DNA of 64,000 nucleotides from the sequence record NC_025447.1; one strand, 5' to 3'. Every line of letters starts with the position of its first letter. The first letter of the stretch is position 1. The notes beneath the pieces were generated by a model. That model had not been told where the DNA came from and made no database searches. It worked only from the letters and a program-made list of their open reading frames with translations. Positions 18,036-28,363 of the stretch are shown here, piece after piece. The position numbers were made by a program, and so were the translations under genes.

Positions 18036-18968
18036 ATGCCAACTATTACACTGACAGTTGGATTACCTGGGTGTGGCAAAACCACATGGGCAGTTCAAGA
18101 AATTAAAAATGCCAAATCGAAGACTATCAACATTAACCGTGATGACATTCGAGAATCAATGGCAGGGTCACATGATGCATACAAATTCAACGACGCTAAT
18201 GAGCAGTACGTAACTAAAATGCAGTTCAGTGCAGCAAATTCAGCAGCAGAGAATGGTTGGAACATCATTGTGTCCGATACGAACCTTAAACAACATTTCC
18301 GTGATGAATGGAAACGTTGGGCTAAAGATAATGAATACGACTACAAAGAAAAGAACTTCTACGAAGATTTCGTACCTAATGAAGATCGTGGTGCAGATGT
18401 TCATGTTTTCTTTAAGATTAAAGAGTTCGTAAAACTTTGTAAGAAACGTAACCTCATGCGTGAGCGTTCAGTACAAGATAATATCATCGACACTATGGCA
18501 GATACGTACTATTATAGTAAGGCCATGCACATTGGTTACTATGGTAATTCACGAGAAGCTGCTGTTATCGTTGATATTGACGGTACTCTTGCTCATAAAT
18601 GGGGTCGCAATCCTTACGATGAAAGTACTGTTCTTCAGGATACACCAGATGAAGAAGTTATTTTGTCTATTATCGCTGAAGCAGTTTTTCATAAACGCAA
18701 GATTATCGTCATGAGTGGGCGTACTGAAGGGTGTCGTGCTGATACCGAACAGTGGCTTAAGAATTGGGGTATTCCTTACGATGCATTGTTTATGCGAGAC
18801 ATAGATGATAAACGTCCCGATGATGTTGTAAAATTCGACCTGTACATGAAAAATGTGGTTGATCATTACGATGTTAAAAAGGTTTATGATGACCGCGATC
18901 AAGTTGTATTCATGTGGCGTAAGCTACTTGGCTTGAAAGTAATGCAAGTTGCAGAAGGAAATTTCTAA
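18036..18968 (+). CDS. pseT: polynucleotide 5'-kinase / 3'-phosphatase
   Basis: P-loop GLPGCGKTT, NRDDIR, HAD motif DIDGT, MSGR, RPDDVVK, YDDRDQVV. Confidence 0.95.
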   Translation: MPTITLTVGLPGCGKTTWAVQEIKNAKSKTININRDDIRESMAGSHDAYKFNDANEQYVTKMQFSAANSAAENGWNIIVSDTNLKQHFRDEWKRWAKDNEYDYKEKNFYEDFVPNEDRGADVHVFFKIKEFVKLCKKRNLMRERSVQDNIIDTMADTYYYSKAMHIGYYGNSREAAVIVDIDGTLAHKWGRNPYDESTVLQDTPDEEVILSIIAEAVFHKRKIIVMSGRTEGCRADTEQWLKNWGIPYDALFMRDIDDKRPDDVVKFDLYMKNVVDHYDVKKVYDDRDQVVFMWRKLLGLKVMQVAEGNF

Positions 18969-18971
18969 TAC

Positions 18972-19004
18972 AAAAGGGATCATATGTTGGTCCCTTTTTC
19001 TTTT
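18972..19004 (+). terminator. intrinsic terminator
   Basis: AAAAGGGATCA-tatg-TTGGTCCCTTTT plus T tail. Confidence 0.75.
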
Positions 19005-19017
19005 AAGGTATATTATA

Positions 19018-20599
19018 ATGAATGTAAAAACACAGATGTTGTTACAAAAAGAATACTTAGAAAATATAGAAATGTTCTATAGATTGTCTTTATACGAAAA
19101 TAAAGATAAAAAATATAACTTTTCTAAACAACTAAACACAAGTACTAATGATTATCTATTTTCATCAATGTTTTATGTGAGAGGTTTATTATAATGGATA
19201 AATTTCACACAGATATAACACAGATAGGTAATCTTATCAATAGTCTAATTACTGATTTAGAAGAAAAGTATTTAGGTCGAAATGTATACGTAGAAATGTA
19301 TGAAACATATGGTGTTATTGATATGATTTATTACAGTGCATTGAAGTGTGAAATACGTTTAACAGTATGTTTGTTTGAAAAAAATACATTCAACAGAAGT
19401 ACTGCAATTCGCCAAGTTGGAGTTGATGATATAGAATTATACGAGGAACAATGATGTTTGAGCAAGACTTAGAGATATTCAAAAGTCATATTGATTACTT
19501 GACTATATTAGAAAATGATTTAACTACAAAGTACAAAGGTATTCGTGTTCTGTGCTGGTATGATGATTGGGATTATAAACGTGAACTCACTATTGATCGA
19601 ATTTATTTCAGTGACGGTGTACTAAATGTACATGGTGTAAATGATTTTGGTCATTCATATACATATTCTAATAATGCTAAATTTAAAAGGATCTACAATG
19701 AATGAATATTATCATAATTTATTCGATTACATAAAACTAATAGATGATCTTTCTTTCGAATTTCTTAGTACTGAAAAAGTTCTTGAACCTCTCTATTATG
19801 ATTGTATTAGTTCACTATCTTTAGATGAAAAAGAGATATTATCAAATAATTTACCGTCAACCGTCTGTGTAATCAATGGTTCCAAGGCTGTGGTGTCTGA
19901 GGTTAATTTTCATAAATCACTTAATACAATTGTTTACAAGTTCGATAACACTTGGATCAATCATGTAACCAGTAATATTAAATCTGTGAGATTTTTATGA
20001 ATATAAAAAAATTATTTGAACAAGTAAATTTATTGTACTGGTGTTCAGACGGTTCAGATAAGGAATATAGTGAAGTTTATTTAGAACTGTTTAGAACTGA
20101 AATTCATTATATTCGAAGATACTTAATTGATAACAAAACTAAAGTACAAGTAAGATACCATAATGGTACTTTAAAGGATGGTATAATTATTGGATTGATA
20201 GTTGCACGATGGTCTAGTAATATTAAAGTTGCAGTAAGATTAATGACTGATGATGGTGTCTACACAATAGAAGCTAGTGAGATTATATATTAAATGGATA
20301 TACAAACATTCAATAAGCTAAAGTACTATGATAATGGTTTTGCATTAATAATTAACGAACTTGATGGGATACCATACGAATATCATAATCAATTAATGAA
20401 GATAGTAAAATGTATATGTGAAGAATTAAAAAGTATGTTTAAAAATGAATATGTTTATGATTTAGGTAATAGTAGCAAAAAACTATACATAAAAAAATTC
20501 TGGGGAACGCATTGTGGTTTAATGGTCGATTTAGGTTTAAGTTTAGACGATAATTCTGAATCATGTTCATTATATATAGATGAAATGCGAATATCATGA
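19018..20599 (+). other. run of six small paralog-like CDSs (19018-19194, 19194-19454, 19451-19705, 19698-20000, 19997-20293, 20294-20599)
   Basis: translationally coupled 58-101 aa ORFs; KYLGR/KYKGI motifs in two members. Confidence 0.7.
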
Positions 20600-20625
20600 G
20601 ACGTATCAGAATTCGGTGATATAAT
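20598..20625 (+). promoter_or_regulatory. promoter, GGACA type
   Basis: GAGACG-N16-TATAAT with TG extension. Confidence 0.55.
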
Positions 20626-20656
20626 TTGATTACATCACCAATGTGGAGAAGTTGAA

Positions 20657-20983
20657 GTGAATGGTTCGTTTTTAACAATTTTAGAAAAGACATCCGAGAT
20701 GCTTTCTAGTTCGTTAATGCACATTTTCAGTACTAATAATTTATACAATACCCAGGTGTTAGATTCAATTAGTAATAACTATGTGGTAAGTATATCTGAT
20801 GAAATATGTCCATTTAATGCGTATACGAATTATAGTGTAGAAGAGTTTCATATATCCGAGATTCGATGTGGTTTTGGTGCTTGGTTAGTTCTAAATGAAC
20901 GTTCAGGGACGTCTTTATACATCGAAGAAATTGATAAATTTATATACAAAGGAGTAGAATATGTTAACCCCAATCATTCTTAG
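20657..20983 (+). CDS. hypothetical protein
   Basis: 108 aa, GGAG RBS, GTG start. Confidence 0.65.
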   Translation: MNGSFLTILEKTSEMLSSSLMHIFSTNNLYNTQVLDSISNNYVVSISDEICPFNAYTNYSVEEFHISEIRCGFGAWLVLNERSGTSLYIEEIDKFIYKGVEYVNPNHS

Positions 20984-21590
20984 CAGTGCATATGTAATCG
21001 GTATTATTATTTCTGGTATGCTTGCATATAACTATAACAGAAGTGTTATAGGTTATGTAGTACTTGGTACAGTACTAAGTCCAGTGATTGCTATTGGTCT
21101 TCTTGTTATGCTAGGTGAGAAAAATACAAACTTCTTTATTACTAAAGAACTTGATAAAATCACCCCAGCACCAGAAACAGTTATTCCAGAAGTTAAAGAA
21201 GAAGTTAAAGAAGTTGAAGTGCAAATGCAAGTTAAAGTGTATAATACACTTGAAGAAACTGACCCTAAAGTTGTAGTGAATGTAGTTCCAGTCGTTGAAG
21301 ATGTGAAACCAAAAGCTCCTAAAGCACAGAAAAATACTAAAACTGCAAAGAAAGCTCGTTACACTAAAGGTAAGAACAAAGGTAAATCTAAGGATGAACC
21401 ACAACTAGGTGTTCATGACCATACTGCACAAATTGCAACGGCAGCGACCGCAGCAGCAATCGTAACATCACCAATCTACAACAATGATGATTACAGTGAT
21501 TATAGCCGTCACAGCAGTTCTTCCTCTGATTCTTGTTCCTATGATAGCTCTAGTTCTGATTCAAGTTCATCTTCTGGAAGTTGTGATTAA
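20961..21590 (+). CDS. membrane protein with Ser/Asp-rich tail
   Basis: two N-terminal hydrophobic helices, EVK repeats, terminal SSSSDSSSSSGSCD. Confidence 0.7.
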   Translation: MLTPIILSSAYVIGIIISGMLAYNYNRSVIGYVVLGTVLSPVIAIGLLVMLGEKNTNFFITKELDKITPAPETVIPEVKEEVKEVEVQMQVKVYNTLEETDPKVVVNVVPVVEDVKPKAPKAQKNTKTAKKARYTKGKNKGKSKDEPQLGVHDHTAQIATAATAAAIVTSPIYNNDDYSDYSRHSSSSSDSCSYDSSSSDSSSSSGSCD

Positions 21591-21919
21591 TGTCAATGAA
21601 ACCACTAATTCAACATAATATTTTTTATAGGTCATTATTCAAAATTCAAGATGATTTTTATCAGACGTTGAGTAATGATCTTATAGGTAAAACTGTACGA
21701 TATTCGGAACAATACATCAAACGTATGACAAGTCAGTATATTGACCCTGAATACGAATACGACATTGAACACATTAATCCCAATACTAGAATGAAAATCA
21801 TTGAGATATTTAAGAATGGGAGAACTATAGGTGCTGAAATTGAGTACTTGAATTGTGATTGTTACATAGATACAGAGTTGAGTTTGGATTATCTTGTTTT
21901 AGTGGATGATGAGGAATAA
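21590..21919 (+). CDS. hypothetical protein (YIG small family)
   Basis: DLIGKTV. Confidence 0.7.
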   Translation: MSMKPLIQHNIFYRSLFKIQDDFYQTLSNDLIGKTVRYSEQYIKRMTSQYIDPEYEYDIEHINPNTRMKIIEIFKNGRTIGAEIEYLNCDCYIDTELSLDYLVLVDDEE

Positions 21920-21921
21920 TT

Positions 21922-22137
21922 ATGATAACATTTTTCGCAATATATGGATTTGTAGCATTTGTTACATTTATAACCAACTTTCTAGTACTTAATTGGGGTT
22001 GTTTTAAAGATGAAATCATGATTATCATGAATCTCCAAACAGCAGCACTGATGGCTATTATTTGGCCTGTAACGTTAGTATATATTTTTATTTCACTTAC
22101 CCAAGATATTATTAACAAATATAAGAGAAAGAAATAA
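21922..22137 (+). CDS. small membrane protein
   Basis: two hydrophobic segments, IIWP motif. Confidence 0.65.
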   Translation: MITFFAIYGFVAFVTFITNFLVLNWGCFKDEIMIIMNLQTAALMAIIWPVTLVYIFISLTQDIINKYKRKK

Positions 22138-22388
22138 TGTTCAACAACGACTTATCACATTTGCGATATCTTATGTCTTTGGCTGATGATTTTATAAATG
22201 ATCTGAAGCCAAAATATATTGGTCAAGAAGTACGATTAATAAACTCCAGAGGGTATGGAAAATATATTATTACTGATATGTATATTAGTGGTGGTGAATG
22301 GCGTTTTAAAATTAATACTTATCTTAAAGATGGTTCTTTTGCTGGAACACAAGTTACTAAACACACTAATATTATATGGTTGGAGTAA
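22137..22388 (+). CDS. hypothetical protein (YIG small family)
   Basis: KYIGQEV...YIITDM. Confidence 0.7.
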   Translation: MFNNDLSHLRYLMSLADDFINDLKPKYIGQEVRLINSRGYGKYIITDMYISGGEWRFKINTYLKDGSFAGTQVTKHTNIIWLE

Positions 22389-22390
22389 TA

Positions 22391-23134
22391 ATGAAACATT
22401 TCTTAGAAGTAACCGTACCTGATGATAAAGATTTATACATTGTAGGTGATTTGCATGGTAATGGTAAACTATGGGATGCTACAGTGAAAGAATTTGGTAT
22501 TACACACAATGATTATGTTTTCAGTGTAGGTGATATTATCGACCGTGGAGAACAAAATTCAAAGCTCCTTTTTGAATTTTTGTTCGGAGAAAATCGTTAC
22601 ATGATTGCAGGTAATCATGAGATGATGTGCGTTGATTCGGAAACACTTCGAGATTGGTATCATTGTTGGATAAGTAATGGTGGTGATAAATTCCTTGATG
22701 AAGTTGGAGGAACAGGCATTCAATTCTTTCGTCAGTACTTAAAAGATCTCCCTATGATTATCCAAATCAATCACCGAGGCTTGAAGATTGGGTTAGTTCA
22801 TGCTGGAGTTCCGTTGGAATATACAACATGGGAACGATTTGTTAATGGGACAAAATCACTTAGTGCTGATATAATTGATAAGTGCTTGTGGGATAGGAAA
22901 ACATTCGATTATTGTAGAACGAATAATACCTATTATGCACCTAAGTTAGATGGAGTGCATTGTGTCTTTAGTGGACATACAGCAGTTACTGATCCACTCA
23001 TTTATGGTAATCGCATTTGGATTGATAGTCAGTTCTTGACGGGTGACTTAACTCTCGCTACTCCACAAAGTGGTGGGATGAGATACTTACGTAAAGAAAA
23101 AGATGAATACTCATTCAATCGTTTCAAAAGGTAA
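22391..23134 (+). CDS. Ser/Thr protein phosphatase-like metallophosphoesterase (lambda NinI-like)
   Basis: GDLHG, GDIIDRG, GNHE, W..NGG, VHAG, GHT. Confidence 0.9.
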   Translation: MKHFLEVTVPDDKDLYIVGDLHGNGKLWDATVKEFGITHNDYVFSVGDIIDRGEQNSKLLFEFLFGENRYMIAGNHEMMCVDSETLRDWYHCWISNGGDKFLDEVGGTGIQFFRQYLKDLPMIIQINHRGLKIGLVHAGVPLEYTTWERFVNGTKSLSADIIDKCLWDRKTFDYCRTNNTYYAPKLDGVHCVFSGHTAVTDPLIYGNRIWIDSQFLTGDLTLATPQSGGMRYLRKEKDEYSFNRFKR

Positions 23135-23139
23135 TAATT

Positions 23140-23409
23140 ATGCATGATGTAGTTAAAAAATATTTGAATGATAGATATATTATGAAAAAATCTATTAATT
23201 CTATCCTAAAAGATCATGCTAATCAAATACGTGAGATTCTATCAAATAAACTTATTGGTTGTTCAGTTGAGTTCAATTACAAAAAGAATGTAGTGAAGAT
23301 TGGAGTTATTAAACGTGTAGTTGCTGTTTATGACCAAAATGTATATGTTGAAATTGAATATGATGGTAAATTATCACAATTAAGTACTGAAGATTTAACA
23401 TTTTTATAA
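23140..23409 (+). CDS. hypothetical protein (YIG small family)
   Basis: KLIGCSV...IGVIKRV. Confidence 0.7.
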   Translation: MHDVVKKYLNDRYIMKKSINSILKDHANQIREILSNKLIGCSVEFNYKKNVVKIGVIKRVVAVYDQNVYVEIEYDGKLSQLSTEDLTFL

Positions 23410-23419
23410 GGAAATAGAA

Positions 23420-23647
23420 ATGAAAGTAATTCAAGTTATGGTAGAAAAATACCAAACTGAAGATGGTCGTATTTTTGATTCAGCTAAACAAGCTGAACAC
23501 CATGAACGTATTATTTCGGGTGCACGTAAAGTGTGTCCTACATGTAGTGGAACACAACAAGTACCGTCAGAAGATTACCGCAGCTTTTATGCTTGTCCAC
23601 ACTGTGATGGGAAAGGCTATGTAGAAAAACAAGAGGTATGGAAATGA
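23420..23647 (+). CDS. DnaJ-type zinc-finger small protein
   Basis: CPTCSGT and CPHCDGKG. Confidence 0.7.
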   Translation: MKVIQVMVEKYQTEDGRIFDSAKQAEHHERIISGARKVCPTCSGTQQVPSEDYRSFYACPHCDGKGYVEKQEVWK

Positions 23648-24057
23648 AATTGTATTGCTTAACTAATATGTACTGTCAAGGTGTCCAAGCTGGTATTCAA
23701 GCATTCCATGCTGGTGTTAAACTAATTAAAGAATATGAAGGTACTGCTTTCAGTACTATTATTGATGAATGGTACTATGAACACGAAACTATTGTAGTTC
23801 TAAATGCTGGTGGACATGATAAATTAAATTCTTATTATAACAACCTTAGCAAACAGGGGAAAGTTCCGTTTGCCAAGTTCAATGAAGCTGGATTGAATGA
23901 TGCTATTACCTGTGTAGCAGTACTGTGTACGTCTGAAATGATTGAAGACATGGCTGTTATGCGTATGAATCTTCCTGCTGGTGATCAACTAATGCAAGTA
24001 AAATATGGTGCATTGTTTGACACACTAAAAGCAATCAGTACAATGAGGACTATTTGA
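23638..24057 (+). CDS. peptidyl-tRNA hydrolase 2 (PTH2)-like protein
   Basis: QAGIQAFHA, TIVVL, FNEAGL..AITCVAV pattern. Confidence 0.55.
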   Translation: MEMKLYCLTNMYCQGVQAGIQAFHAGVKLIKEYEGTAFSTIIDEWYYEHETIVVLNAGGHDKLNSYYNNLSKQGKVPFAKFNEAGLNDAITCVAVLCTSEMIEDMAVMRMNLPAGDQLMQVKYGALFDTLKAISTMRTI

Positions 24058-25256
24058 TGGATTTTCCAGAGAAGTTATTTGTTGCACGTTCCTATGTAAA
24101 CCACAACCAAGTTGATGGTTTTATTATCGATGCAACAAAATCACATACAAAAGCGTTTGAAACAAAGAAAGAGAGAGCAGAGTACTGGGCAAAGAAGAAC
24201 AATCTTCCATCGTTATATATTGACAACGTTCCAACTACTGGATTTTGTGTAGTTGATAAATTAACAATTCATGCACGAGAAACATATTTCACAATCCGTC
24301 ACCCAGAAGGATTTGAATTTATGATTAGTGCCAAAAACATGAATGATTTAATTATCAATAACGATATAATCAAAGGTGTTTTTGTAGACCCAATGTTTTT
24401 CAACAATAACTTAGAATTAATTAATGGTAAAACAAAAACATTTGCTAAGTTAGTTGAAAAAGAAAATAAAAAAGAACAACAAAAAGAAACTGTAGCAGGT
24501 CTTAAAGTTGGTGATGGTTTCACGTATCTCAAAGAAGATTACTATTACTGCGGTAAAGTACATGCAATTTGTATAAAGAAAACTAAAGAATTTGCATACC
24601 CCGACAAAAGTTCTGTTTATCATTTACTTTTTAACAGTACTCGTGGAACTTATGCATTGAATCAACGTTTGGATAATTACAATCTGGAACCTCGTGCACT
24701 CTTGAATAAGAAAACTACGGCAGATGAAGAAATTAAACTTGCTAATGAATTTTGGCAAAGCTATAGAACAAACAGACATAATCCATTAGGTGAATCTAAC
24801 ATTCCAGTACTGGTACACAATAAATCATTTAAAGCAAAAGACCTAAAAATTAAATATGAAGAAATAAATGTTGATGATCTTATGAATAATGGACGTTTCA
24901 ACGAGAACGTACCATTTATGACTAAAGATAATGAACAATCTTATCGCGTATTTTTTGGTGTAAGTAATAATACAACACGTAGTTATTATGGACGTAGCGG
25001 GGATTATAATATTCATTATAATGATAAATTTGAACGCTTTAGTGCATACCCAGTTCAAATTGATGATAATGGAATTATGTCAATGGATGTTGATATTAAT
25101 GAGCACACATCATTTAGTACATGGAACGGTTATCGTTCACCATTCTTCCCACCAAATGAACGCAAAACATCAAGTTCTCGTTACTACCAAGATAAGCCGT
25201 GTCACGTTCAACTATCAATTAGTAATCCACTTTATATTGGAAAGTATTATCTATAA
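24054..25256 (+). CDS. hypothetical protein
   Basis: 400 aa ORF. Confidence 0.75.
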   Translation: MMDFPEKLFVARSYVNHNQVDGFIIDATKSHTKAFETKKERAEYWAKKNNLPSLYIDNVPTTGFCVVDKLTIHARETYFTIRHPEGFEFMISAKNMNDLIINNDIIKGVFVDPMFFNNNLELINGKTKTFAKLVEKENKKEQQKETVAGLKVGDGFTYLKEDYYYCGKVHAICIKKTKEFAYPDKSSVYHLLFNSTRGTYALNQRLDNYNLEPRALLNKKTTADEEIKLANEFWQSYRTNRHNPLGESNIPVLVHNKSFKAKDLKIKYEEINVDDLMNNGRFNENVPFMTKDNEQSYRVFFGVSNNTTRSYYGRSGDYNIHYNDKFERFSAYPVQIDDNGIMSMDVDINEHTSFSTWNGYRSPFFPPNERKTSSSRYYQDKPCHVQLSISNPLYIGKYYL

Positions 25257-25267
25257 AGGAATATACA

Positions 25268-26686
25268 ATGAGCATTTTAGCAATTCTTGAAAGCATTAAA
25301 AATACTAGCAGTACTCTGGGCAAAAAGGCTATTCTTGAACAAAATAAAGATAATGTAACTTTGCAAAAAGTTCTGAAATATACACTCGATCCTAGTATTG
25401 TAAGTGGGTATAAAAAGCTACCAGACGCTGATAACGTGTATCAACATATGACATTGGATGAAGCTATTGATAAACTAGAATGCATCTATAAGCGTGCATT
25501 GACGGGACATACAGGGCGTGATTTCATTGCTTCAGTACTAGGTAGTGTGAGTCCAGATGATGCTGAAGTTCTTCGTAAGATGCTTACAAAGAACTTAGAT
25601 TGTGGTATTCAAGAAAAGAACTGCAATGATGTATTTGGTAAAGGATTTATTAAAGATGAACCATATATGCGTTGTTCTTTGCTTGATAAAAAGACTGTTA
25701 AGAACATCAACTTCAAAGGTCATGGTTATGCTGTCTCCGAGGTCAAGATGGATGGTCAGTACTTAAACCATGTAGTCATTAATGGTGCTCTTACCTCTTC
25801 CTCCCGTAATGGTAAACTATATGACTTCTTAGGTTGTCGTGATGGTGAGATGGCAGGTCTTGCACATCAAATTCAAATGAATGATGAACGTTTTAGTAGT
25901 GGTGTCGTCTTTATGGGTGAAGGTCTAGTACTTGATAATGACGGTGAAACTATTCTTCCACGAACAACTGGTAATGGTATCATTCAGAAGGCTGGTAAAG
26001 ATAGTATTAGTCAGAATGAAGCAATGCGTACTGTATTTGTACTATGGGATGTTGTTCCGTATGATGCATTCTGTGAAGGTACATGGAATGTAAAACGTAA
26101 AGAACGTCGCGAACTTCTTGAATCTGCCATCAATGTATTGGGTAGTGATTTTGTACGTATGGTGAAATACCGTAAGGTTCAAAACATTAAAGAAGCATTT
26201 GAGTACAATAACGAACTCATGGATCAGGGTGAAGAAGGATCAGTACTGAAATGTGAAGATGGTATCTGGAAATCACATACATCTCCTAAGCAGTTGAAAG
26301 TAAAACTAAAAATGCAATTGGATTTGCGTATTGTTGGTTTCAACGAAGGTGAAGGTAAGCGTAAAGGTTCACTTGGTTCTTTACAACTTGAAAGTGCATG
26401 TGGCACACTGAAGGTAAATGTAGGAACAGGTATCCGTGAAAAAGATGCAGAGTGGACATTCAAAACCATTTGGGAACGAATGCAAGAACTAATTGGTAAA
26501 GTCGTTACCGTTGAGTGCAATGAGATTGTAATCGACAAGCGTACAGGTGAACCATCACTATTTTTACCAGTGTTTATTGAATTTAGATTTGACAAAAACA
26601 CTTGTGACGATTATACTCGTATCTTAGAAATTCGTGATAGTGCTGTTGAGGTGTTCTCTAACAGTATTATTGAAGCACTTAGCTAA
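25268..26686 (+). CDS. ATP-dependent DNA ligase (T4 gp30-like)
   Basis: motif I EVKMDG, FMGEG, LWDVV, EGSVLK, W...SP.QLKVK, VGTG, LFLPVFIEFRFDK. Confidence 0.95.
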   Translation: MSILAILESIKNTSSTLGKKAILEQNKDNVTLQKVLKYTLDPSIVSGYKKLPDADNVYQHMTLDEAIDKLECIYKRALTGHTGRDFIASVLGSVSPDDAEVLRKMLTKNLDCGIQEKNCNDVFGKGFIKDEPYMRCSLLDKKTVKNINFKGHGYAVSEVKMDGQYLNHVVINGALTSSSRNGKLYDFLGCRDGEMAGLAHQIQMNDERFSSGVVFMGEGLVLDNDGETILPRTTGNGIIQKAGKDSISQNEAMRTVFVLWDVVPYDAFCEGTWNVKRKERRELLESAINVLGSDFVRMVKYRKVQNIKEAFEYNNELMDQGEEGSVLKCEDGIWKSHTSPKQLKVKLKMQLDLRIVGFNEGEGKRKGSLGSLQLESACGTLKVNVGTGIREKDAEWTFKTIWERMQELIGKVVTVECNEIVIDKRTGEPSLFLPVFIEFRFDKNTCDDYTRILEIRDSAVEVFSNSIIEALS

Positions 26687-26705
26687 TCATTTATTGGAGG
26701 TAATT

Positions 26706-27497
26706 ATGAAATTTGTTGTAACATCTGACGTACACGGTGGAACTGATTACCTCCATAGCGGTGATTACAGTGATGTAGTACTGATCATTGCTGGGGACTT
26801 CGATGAAGTTAAACGCAGTCGTTACCGTACTGGTATCGAATCACTGTGTAAGCAGTTCAAAAATGTAGTACTGGTTCCAGGTAATCACGAATATTATGGT
26901 TCCAATATCATCAAAACGCATAAAGTACTATCCAATATGCAGGATGAGATTCCTAATTTTATCTTTTTGCAAAACAAATTTGTATGGCTGGATGGAGTAC
27001 TGCTTGTTGGTAGTACTCTGTGGACAGACTTCGATAAAGGTAATTCTTTGACGAAGTTTGATGCTCGTCAGAAGATGAACGATTACAAACATATCCGTCA
27101 TGGAACAACATCAGAGCCTTGGCGTAAAAAACTGACACCTGATGATACTGAGTTTATGCATCACAAAGATAAACAATTTATCAAAAATTCTATTGACACA
27201 GTTCGCTTTATGCATGATAATGATTTCAAGGTCATCGTGATTACTCATCACGCACCAAGTTATCAAAGTGTTTCACCAAAATATAAAAATGATTCACTGA
27301 ATGGTTGTTACTGTTCCGATATGGATCAGTACATTGAAGATTTGGGTGCTGATGTTTGGATTCATGGTCATGTTCATAGTAGCTTTGACTACCACATTGG
27401 TAAGACACGTATCATTTGTAATCCACGAGGCTATGAATCGTATAGTGGATCTTGTGAGAATTTTGATTACAATCCTAAATTTGTATTTGAAATTTAA
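26706..27497 (+). CDS. calcineurin-like metallophosphoesterase
   Basis: SDVH, AGD, GNHEYY, GSTLWTDF, THHAPS, HGHVH. Confidence 0.9.
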   Translation: MKFVVTSDVHGGTDYLHSGDYSDVVLIIAGDFDEVKRSRYRTGIESLCKQFKNVVLVPGNHEYYGSNIIKTHKVLSNMQDEIPNFIFLQNKFVWLDGVLLVGSTLWTDFDKGNSLTKFDARQKMNDYKHIRHGTTSEPWRKKLTPDDTEFMHHKDKQFIKNSIDTVRFMHDNDFKVIVITHHAPSYQSVSPKYKNDSLNGCYCSDMDQYIEDLGADVWIHGHVHSSFDYHIGKTRIICNPRGYESYSGSCENFDYNPKFVFEI

Positions 27498-27509
27498 TGT
27501 GAGGATACA

Positions 27510-27893
27510 GTGTCATTGATTTATTTTGAACTACCAGAATATACCAATTATCCAAGCCGAGTTATTTGCTCAGTTTATAGTAATGCATATCATCACTTGT
27601 TAGTGAATAGTAATAAAGCTGTGCATTATTATCGAAATAAAGAACCACGTACATTAAAGAATCGTTATGGTTTTGACCCAACTAACACTGAAGTTGAACT
27701 CTGTGATCTGTTTGGGGAAGTAATGGTGGTGTTGAAACGAGATATTCATCTTTTCCATACATACAAACTTAATCAGTACTTTATGGAAACACTGTCTATA
27801 CGTTCCCATGCTCCGATGATTAAAGTTGATTTGAATTATGTTGATGATAAATTGAAATATGATTTCATAAATTCACTTGTTTATTTGGAGTAA
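27510..27893 (+). CDS. hypothetical protein
   Basis: 127 aa, GAGG RBS. Confidence 0.65.
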   Translation: MSLIYFELPEYTNYPSRVICSVYSNAYHHLLVNSNKAVHYYRNKEPRTLKNRYGFDPTNTEVELCDLFGEVMVVLKRDIHLFHTYKLNQYFMETLSIRSHAPMIKVDLNYVDDKLKYDFINSLVYLE

Positions 27894-27894
27894 T

Positions 27895-28299
27895 ATGAAT
27901 ATACGTTCAGTACGAATATTTTCATTTGTTGATATGAATGAAAAACACTCTTATGTGTTTGAAACTGTCAATAAGTTAAATCCTCATACGGCAAAAATGA
28001 TTGAAACCATGAAGATCTTGAGTTTTCATATAGAAGTTTACTATCTTCATGACGATTCTGTTTTTGTATATGATGATGGATGGTATGACGGTGTGTTTTA
28101 TGATGACATTAGCACTACTGCTGATTACTACTTTCTAGTGAGTAACCCACTATTCAGTACTAAAACTTTGTTTGACATTACCGATACAAGCGTGTATGAT
28201 ACAAGTCATGTTGAGTTACTTAAGTTTGATCCAGTATTATTCAACAAAGAAACGGCGTATTGGATGACTGATTTCTTTTCAAATATTCCAGTAAAATAG
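27895..28299 (+). CDS. hypothetical protein
   Basis: GGAG RBS, start moved to 27895. Confidence 0.65.
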   Translation: MNIRSVRIFSFVDMNEKHSYVFETVNKLNPHTAKMIETMKILSFHIEVYYLHDDSVFVYDDGWYDGVFYDDISTTADYYFLVSNPLFSTKTLFDITDTSVYDTSHVELLKFDPVLFNKETAYWMTDFFSNIPVK

Positions 28300-28301
28300 T
28301 T

Positions 28302-28329
28302 TGGACATTTTAAATCTTAGTGATATAAT
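28302..28329 (+). promoter_or_regulatory. promoter, GGACA type, upstream of clpP
   Basis: TGGACA-N16-TATAAT with TG extension. Confidence 0.7.
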
Positions 28330-28363
28330 ACTCACTACAACGAAATAATAGAGGAAATTAACA

